Shown here piece after piece: positions 57,355 to 62,133 of a stretch of DNA of 62,133 bases; the first letter of the stretch is position 1; every line of letters begins with the position of its first letter. The stretch lies in the NCBI GenBank assembly GCA_011064875.1, contig JAAKFV010000001.1:1-62133 (forward strand), in the 5' to 3' direction. The translations under genes and the position numbers were made by a program. The notes below the pieces were generated by a model. It searched no databases and was not told where the DNA came from. It saw nothing but the letters and a program-made list of their open reading frames with translations. Source of the DNA: Candidatus Anoxychlamydiales bacterium (GTDB lineage: Bacteria; Chlamydiota; Chlamydiia; Chlamydiales; SM23-39).

Positions 57355-58365
57355 ATGAATTTTTTTATTTTTATAGTGAGTTTTTCATCTATTGTTTTCA
57401 TCCAGGCTTTTTCAATTGAAAAAGATCCCTGTATGTCAAACGATGCTTGTTGTGAAAAAATTGAGCCAGGTCCTTTTGCCTTTTCTTATCCAAAAGATAC
57501 ATCTTTAGAATGTCCTAAAAACTTTTCAATGTCAGCTAGTTTTTTATGGATGGCTTTTTATGAAGAAGGACTAGAATATGCAATAAATGTAAATGAAACA
57601 ACAGCTATTCAAAAAGAAAAATTAGAGTTTAATCCAGGATTTAGAGTTAACTTTAGTTTTGATCGAGAACTATTTTATGTAAATATAGGATGGACATACA
57701 TAAGATTTAAAGATGATGATTTTGCACACCCTGGAACAGATGGTCTTTTAGGATTATTTTTGCCTCCAGAGACTGGATCTTTGACAGGAGCATCTTCTAG
57801 AATATCTGGGGATTTCAATACTTTAGATATGAATATTTCAAAACCATATCATGTGAGTCGATATTATATTTCTAATCCAAAAGTAGGTATTCAAGCTGCG
57901 TGGATAGATCAAGATTATCATTTGAGATATTTTACGATTAACAGAAAACATAATGTTTATAATAAAAATGATTTTTGGGGAGTAGGTCTTGAAGCTGGAT
58001 ATGATGCTGAATTTATAATGGGTAAAAATTTTACTTTTTATGCAGATGTTTTATCTGCTTTACTTTTTTCTAAATTCGATATTTCTCAAATAGCTGAAAC
58101 TTTAACGATTTATAATTATCAATTAAGCGATAGTTTTTACAAAGTTATACCTAATGCTAAAATAGGATTGGGTTTTACATGGTCAAAAATGTTTGAGAAG
58201 AAAACTATAAAAGCAAAATTAAAAGTAGGCTATGAATTTCAACAGTGGTGGTCGATAAATCAACTTAGAAGATCTATGGACATAGATCCAAGTGCATTTA
58301 AAGTAGTTAGTAAAAATGATTTAACATTCAATGGACTTGTTGCAACCCTGCATATCGATATATAA
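57355..58365 (+). CDS. MOMP-like outer-membrane beta-barrel porin with N-terminal Cys cluster (paralogue of 48040..49089)
   Basis: GAGAAGG RBS before ATG 57355. Signal peptide MNFFIFIVSFSSIVFIQAFS. Cys cluster EKDPCMSNDACCEKIEPGP..LECP. Shares FLWMAFYEE / FIYWKIEE and KPG/NPGF(K/R)(I/V) blocks with the other copy. Confidence 0.6.
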   Translation: MNFFIFIVSFSSIVFIQAFSIEKDPCMSNDACCEKIEPGPFAFSYPKDTSLECPKNFSMSASFLWMAFYEEGLEYAINVNETTAIQKEKLEFNPGFRVNFSFDRELFYVNIGWTYIRFKDDDFAHPGTDGLLGLFLPPETGSLTGASSRISGDFNTLDMNISKPYHVSRYYISNPKVGIQAAWIDQDYHLRYFTINRKHNVYNKNDFWGVGLEAGYDAEFIMGKNFTFYADVLSALLFSKFDISQIAETLTIYNYQLSDSFYKVIPNAKIGLGFTWSKMFEKKTIKAKLKVGYEFQQWWSINQLRRSMDIDPSAFKVVSKNDLTFNGLVATLHIDI

Positions 58366-58501
58366 GAGAATTATCTTAAAATTTTCTTAAAAAAAACTTA
58401 CTCAATTTTAAAATATTTTTTTTGTCTTCTAGTTTAAAAATTTGCAATAAAACTAACAGATGAAGTAGCCTATCTTACTTTTAAAAAAAAAGGAGAGGCT
58501 T

Positions 58502-59827
58502 ATGTTTACTAAATTTAGAAATGTTTTTTTTGTATTAATTACCATGTTTTTTTGTATCAGCCAAGCTCATGCAGATGTAGATAATACAAAAAAAAATAAA
58601 AGACATCTTTTTAAAATTTCAAAAGTTTCAAAAAAGAAAAACTTAAAGGATAAAAAATTATCTCCACGCTTACATCGTCAAGGACAGCCACCTAATAGAC
58701 AACTCAAAACAGCTTTTAAAAATTCAAACTATAAAATTTTACCAGCTGAAGCGTCTGTTGAAATCTGCAGACCACCGCTTGATTGTGATAAAACTTATAT
58801 TGATATAGAAGCAGAAAATAAAATTGTAAAATCAGATTATGGACGCAAAATGCTTCAACATCTTCAAAATATTTTTGATAATGTGAAAAATATGTATCTA
58901 GATACTTTAAGTGATTTAGATTGTGAGATAGATCTATCATTAGATTATTTTTTTCCATATTCCGATTCAGATATTGATCTTGCAGAGAGTTTTGAAGATT
59001 TAGAAAAATTATTTTTAATGCAAAATTATATCTCAAGAAATGATATTAAATCTGCTGAGAGTATTGCAATGGAAATAAAAACCACATGGTTTAAAAATAC
59101 TGCATTAGAAGGTATTTTTGATGAGTATCTTATAAAAAATCAAATTCTAGATGCTCAAAGAATATATTCGATGATGGATTTTGATTTAGATGATGAAGAT
59201 GATGAAGATGATTTTTCAGACATTACAGATAAATTATTAGTAGCTCTTATGAGAAATAATGAGTTTAATAAAGCTGAAAATTTAGCCTTAAATGTTTCAG
59301 ATGAGTTCTATCGTGATTACGATTTGAAATTGATTGTGAAATATTACTCTAGAATAGGCGATATTGAAAATGCTAAAAGAATTATAGAGATGATTTCTCA
59401 AAATTATAATAAGAATGATGCGAGATTATATATTGTAGATTATTTTGCTAGAGAAAAGAAAATTGCAGATTTTCAAAAGTTTGTTTTATCATCTGATGAT
59501 GAAGAATTTAAATCAGGGGCAAATTTCATTTTAAATATCTATCAAAATAATTTTGAAGCGGCTTTACAAAATATGCCCTGTGATTATGAAGCACCTCTTA
59601 TTAACATTGCAGAAATATTAGTCTCTTTAAATAGAATTCCTGAGGCTGAATATGTTATAAATTATTTTGGTGATGATTGGGATATTGAAGATATGCAGTT
59701 ATTTTTTGTAAATGCTTATCTAAAAAATGGAAAAATAGATGAAGCTAGAAAAGTTAGAGATGAAATCGAAGATCCATATGATAAAATTATAGCATCAAAA
59801 TTGATATTAGCTCATATAAAAGGCTAA
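58502..59827 (+). CDS. Secreted helical-repeat (TPR-like) protein with acidic stretch, hypothetical
   Basis: AGGAGAGG RBS. Signal peptide (VFFVLITMFFCISQAHA) and a basic segment. Then ~35-aa helical repeats ending ..A(E/K)(R/N)(I/L).. (for example GDIENAKRIIEMI, GKIDEARKVRDEI) and a DLDDEDDEDD run. Confidence 0.5.
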   Translation: MFTKFRNVFFVLITMFFCISQAHADVDNTKKNKRHLFKISKVSKKKNLKDKKLSPRLHRQGQPPNRQLKTAFKNSNYKILPAEASVEICRPPLDCDKTYIDIEAENKIVKSDYGRKMLQHLQNIFDNVKNMYLDTLSDLDCEIDLSLDYFFPYSDSDIDLAESFEDLEKLFLMQNYISRNDIKSAESIAMEIKTTWFKNTALEGIFDEYLIKNQILDAQRIYSMMDFDLDDEDDEDDFSDITDKLLVALMRNNEFNKAENLALNVSDEFYRDYDLKLIVKYYSRIGDIENAKRIIEMISQNYNKNDARLYIVDYFAREKKIADFQKFVLSSDDEEFKSGANFILNIYQNNFEAALQNMPCDYEAPLINIAEILVSLNRIPEAEYVINYFGDDWDIEDMQLFFVNAYLKNGKIDEARKVRDEIEDPYDKIIASKLILAHIKG

Positions 59828-60408
59828 ATCGATCTAAGTGCTTTTGTAATAAGAGAACTTAAATCTGGCTCATCTAAATCTTGGATCGCTGATTTTACAG
59901 CCTTTTGAGCTTGAGACGGGTTATATCCAAGGTTCATTAAAGCTGCGATTGCATCCGATGCAATCGTAGTTTTTTTATCTAAATTAGTATCGCTATATTT
60001 TTGGTTTATTTTTTTGAATTTGTCTCTGAGTTCTAAAATAAGTCTTTCAGCAGTTTTTTTTCCGATACCAGGAACTTTGCTAATAAGTCTAATATCTGCA
60101 TTTTGAATAGCAATATGTAAATTATCGATTTCTAAATGTCCAAGTAATAAAACAGCTGTTTTAGCGCCAATTCCAGATACTGTAGTTAACATTTCAAAAA
60201 CATTTCTTTGGAGTTTTGTTAAAAACCCAAATAAAGTTTGAGAATCTTCTTTTACTATGTATGAAGTATGTAGAGTTATTTGATCTTTATCTATTAAATC
60301 TTGATAGATGGAAGCTGGAATAAAAACTTTGTATCCTACTCCATTTACATCTATGATAGCTCTTTGAGTATCTACTTCAATTAGTTTTCCTTTTATATAT
60401 TCATACAT
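59824..60408 (-). CDS. ruvA: Holliday junction branch-migration complex subunit RuvA
   Basis: MYEYIKGKL..VNGVGYKV, HhH motifs VSGIGAKTA and VPGIGKKTAERLILEL, and C-terminal domain ALMNLGY. Confidence 0.9.
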   Translation of the reverse strand: MYEYIKGKLIEVDTQRAIIDVNGVGYKVFIPASIYQDLIDKDQITLHTSYIVKEDSQTLFGFLTKLQRNVFEMLTTVSGIGAKTAVLLLGHLEIDNLHIAIQNADIRLISKVPGIGKKTAERLILELRDKFKKINQKYSDTNLDKKTTIASDAIAALMNLGYNPSQAQKAVKSAIQDLDEPDLSSLITKALRSI

Positions 60409-60412
60409 ATTT

Positions 60413-60919
60413 TTAAATCCTTATTTTATTTGCAAAACTTGTTTTGTTTGCATGACAGATAGCTAATGAAAGCGCATCTGCTGCATCTTCTGGTATTTTA
60501 TCTATTTGTAGATTAAGTAGCATCTTTAACATTCTTGAGACTTGCTCTTTGGATGCTGATCCTTTTCCAACAACAGCGAGTTTAGCAGATCTTGGTGCAT
60601 ATTCAAAGATTGGTGTGGAATTTTTTTCAGCAGCGATAATTGCGCAGCCTCTTGCCATACCAAGTTTTATTGCACTTTGAATATTTTTTTGTACGAACTG
60701 CGTTTCTACAGATACAGCTGTTGGTTTATATTTTTGAATTAGTTTTTCTATTGAATCAAAGATAATATAATATCTTTTTGAAAGCTCCAATTTATATGGA
60801 GGTCTAATACATCCAAAATCTAAAGCTTGATATTGATTATTATGGACTCTTAAAATACCGTAGCCAGTGACTTTAGTGCCCGGATCTATTCCTAGAATAA
60901 TTTGTGTGTCTTTTTCCAT
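60413..60919 (-). CDS. ruvC: Crossover junction endodeoxyribonuclease RuvC
   Basis: ILGIDPGTKVTGYGIL, VSVETQFV, and PEDAADALSLAICH near the C-terminus. Confidence 0.9.
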   Translation of the reverse strand: MEKDTQIILGIDPGTKVTGYGILRVHNNQYQALDFGCIRPPYKLELSKRYYIIFDSIEKLIQKYKPTAVSVETQFVQKNIQSAIKLGMARGCAIIAAEKNSTPIFEYAPRSAKLAVVGKGSASKEQVSRMLKMLLNLQIDKIPEDAADALSLAICHANKTSFANKIRI

Positions 60920-61023
60920 TTCAATATTTTTATCCCTTATATTTTTAATAGCACAAATCCTAAAAAAACGCTTTAATTTTTAAAAAAACTTAAAATATGC
61001 GATAATATCTAAAAAGGAAAAAA

Positions 61024-62058
61024 ATGAAAGATACTGAGTATAAAAATATTATTGTAAGAATGCCAAATTGGGTGGGTGATCTTGTTATGGCAACTCCCAT
61101 TTTATTTGATCTTAGACAAAAATTTCCCGCATCAACTATTACTGCAATGGTTCAAAAGCCACTTTGTGATCTTTTAAAAAAAGATGAAAATATAAATGAG
61201 CTTTTTTGTTTTAAAAAAATTAAACAACTTTTTTTAAGAAGAAAAGAGAATAAAAATATAATAGAAAATTTAATAGATGGAAAATATGACTTGGGTATTT
61301 TACTTACCAATTCATTTTCTTCAGCTTGGCTTTTTTATCAAGGTGAAGTTAAAAATATTATAGGTTTTAGAAAAGATTTTAGGAGTTTGATGTTAAATAA
61401 AGCTTTGAGTTATCCAAAAGAGCAAATTCACCAGGTAGAAAAATATAAACAACTACTTAAACCATTAGATATTGAAAGATCTATTACAAAACCTAAAATT
61501 TATGTAGATAAAAAGGAAATTGAAAATGCAAAAGAGCTTTTATATCAAAGAGGCTATAAAGATGATCAAAGATTAATTGGAATTAATCCAGTTGCAAAAT
61601 ATGGGATGGCTAAATGCTGGCCAATTGAAAGATATAAAGAGGTAGCGAAAAGACTTTGCTCAAATGAGAAAAATTTTATAGTTTTTTTAGGGGATTTTGA
61701 CTCTCGAGATGTGATAAAAAATATATGTTTGGATATGCCAGATAGAGTTATTAATTTAGCTGGAAAAACCACTCTAAGAGAGCTTGTAGCTTTGATTAGT
61801 CAATTAGATCTCTTTTTAACAAATGATTCTGGGCCTATGCATATAGCTGCAGGTTTTGATATTGATCAAATAGCTTTGTTTGGATCTACATCAGATGTTT
61901 TAACTGGTCCATATAGTGAAAAAGCTATTGTTATTAATAAGAAAGTTGAGTGCTCTCCTTGCTATAAAAGAGTATGTCCAATTGATTTTAGATGTATGCT
62001 AAAAATTTCTGTCGATGAAGTTTTTGATAAAATGATAGATATTTTAAAGAAAAAGTAA
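61024..62058 (+). CDS. GT9 ADP-heptose:LPS heptosyltransferase (WaaF/WaaC-type, full-length)
   Basis: IIVRMPNWVGDLVMATP, GINPVAKYGMAKCWPIERYKEVAKRL, TNDSGPMHIAAG and the C-terminal CSPCYKRVCP. Confidence 0.8.
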   Translation: MKDTEYKNIIVRMPNWVGDLVMATPILFDLRQKFPASTITAMVQKPLCDLLKKDENINELFCFKKIKQLFLRRKENKNIIENLIDGKYDLGILLTNSFSSAWLFYQGEVKNIIGFRKDFRSLMLNKALSYPKEQIHQVEKYKQLLKPLDIERSITKPKIYVDKKEIENAKELLYQRGYKDDQRLIGINPVAKYGMAKCWPIERYKEVAKRLCSNEKNFIVFLGDFDSRDVIKNICLDMPDRVINLAGKTTLRELVALISQLDLFLTNDSGPMHIAAGFDIDQIALFGSTSDVLTGPYSEKAIVINKKVECSPCYKRVCPIDFRCMLKISVDEVFDKMIDILKKK

Positions 62059-62133
62059 TGCTCAGAAAAATTAAAAGAAAAATCAAAAAAAATCCTTTAG
62101 ATACACTTTTAAAAAAAGCTAAAAAAGAGAATA
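62058..62133 (+). CDS. 5' end of an ORF running off the window (unknown product)
   Basis: The ATG at 62058 overlaps the preceding TAA by 1 nt (TAATG). It reads MLRKIKRKIKKNPLDTLLKKAKKEN.. with no stop before the window end. Confidence 0.3.
   Translation, partial: MLRKIKRKIKKNPLDTLLKKAKKEN

Overview
Strongly AT-rich, gene-dense bacterial chromosome segment: about 55 protein genes, one tRNA (Arg-ACG), and no rRNA, CRISPR array, intact transposase or integrase. The backbone is housekeeping: uvrD, groEL, trkHA, ahpC, eno, rsgA, mutL, glgC, lipA-lpdA, secA, psd, nth-mnmE and ruvCA. Several genes suggest an obligate-intracellular, Chlamydia-like (Chlamydiota) organism: a chlamydial-looking AhpC, an RsbU-like HAMP-PP2C sensor, Cys-clustered MOMP-like porins, orphan type II pseudopilins, a DXD glycosyltransferase-ankyrin protein and ankyrin-like families. 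This taxonomic placement is inference only. Three things stand out. (1) A tandem array of three divergent paralogues (19.8-22.4 kb) defines an unrecognised ~150-aa domain with unrelated tails. Two copies carry a conserved upstream block with an extended -10, and a small acidic chaperone-sized gene lies next to the array. (2) A family of three ankyrin-like modular proteins (50.2-54.0 kb) sits in a locus with clear duplication scars: a ~335-bp repeated leader, a start-less gene fragment and a frameshifted internal mnmE fragment. (3) An intact 1194-aa PutA-like ORF has its aldehyde-dehydrogenase catalytic Cys and Glu, and apparently its PRODH Arg pair, substituted, so it may be a pseudoenzyme. 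Other notable items are a TcdB/Lgt-type DXD glycosyltransferase fused to ankyrin repeats, a GT17 plus two GT9 glycosyltransferase cluster, a groES-less groEL behind a perfect sigma70-type promoter, and a duplicated 25-bp palindrome-containing site upstream of a DUF4143-type ATPase. All functional calls rest on motif recognition by eye. No searches were run.
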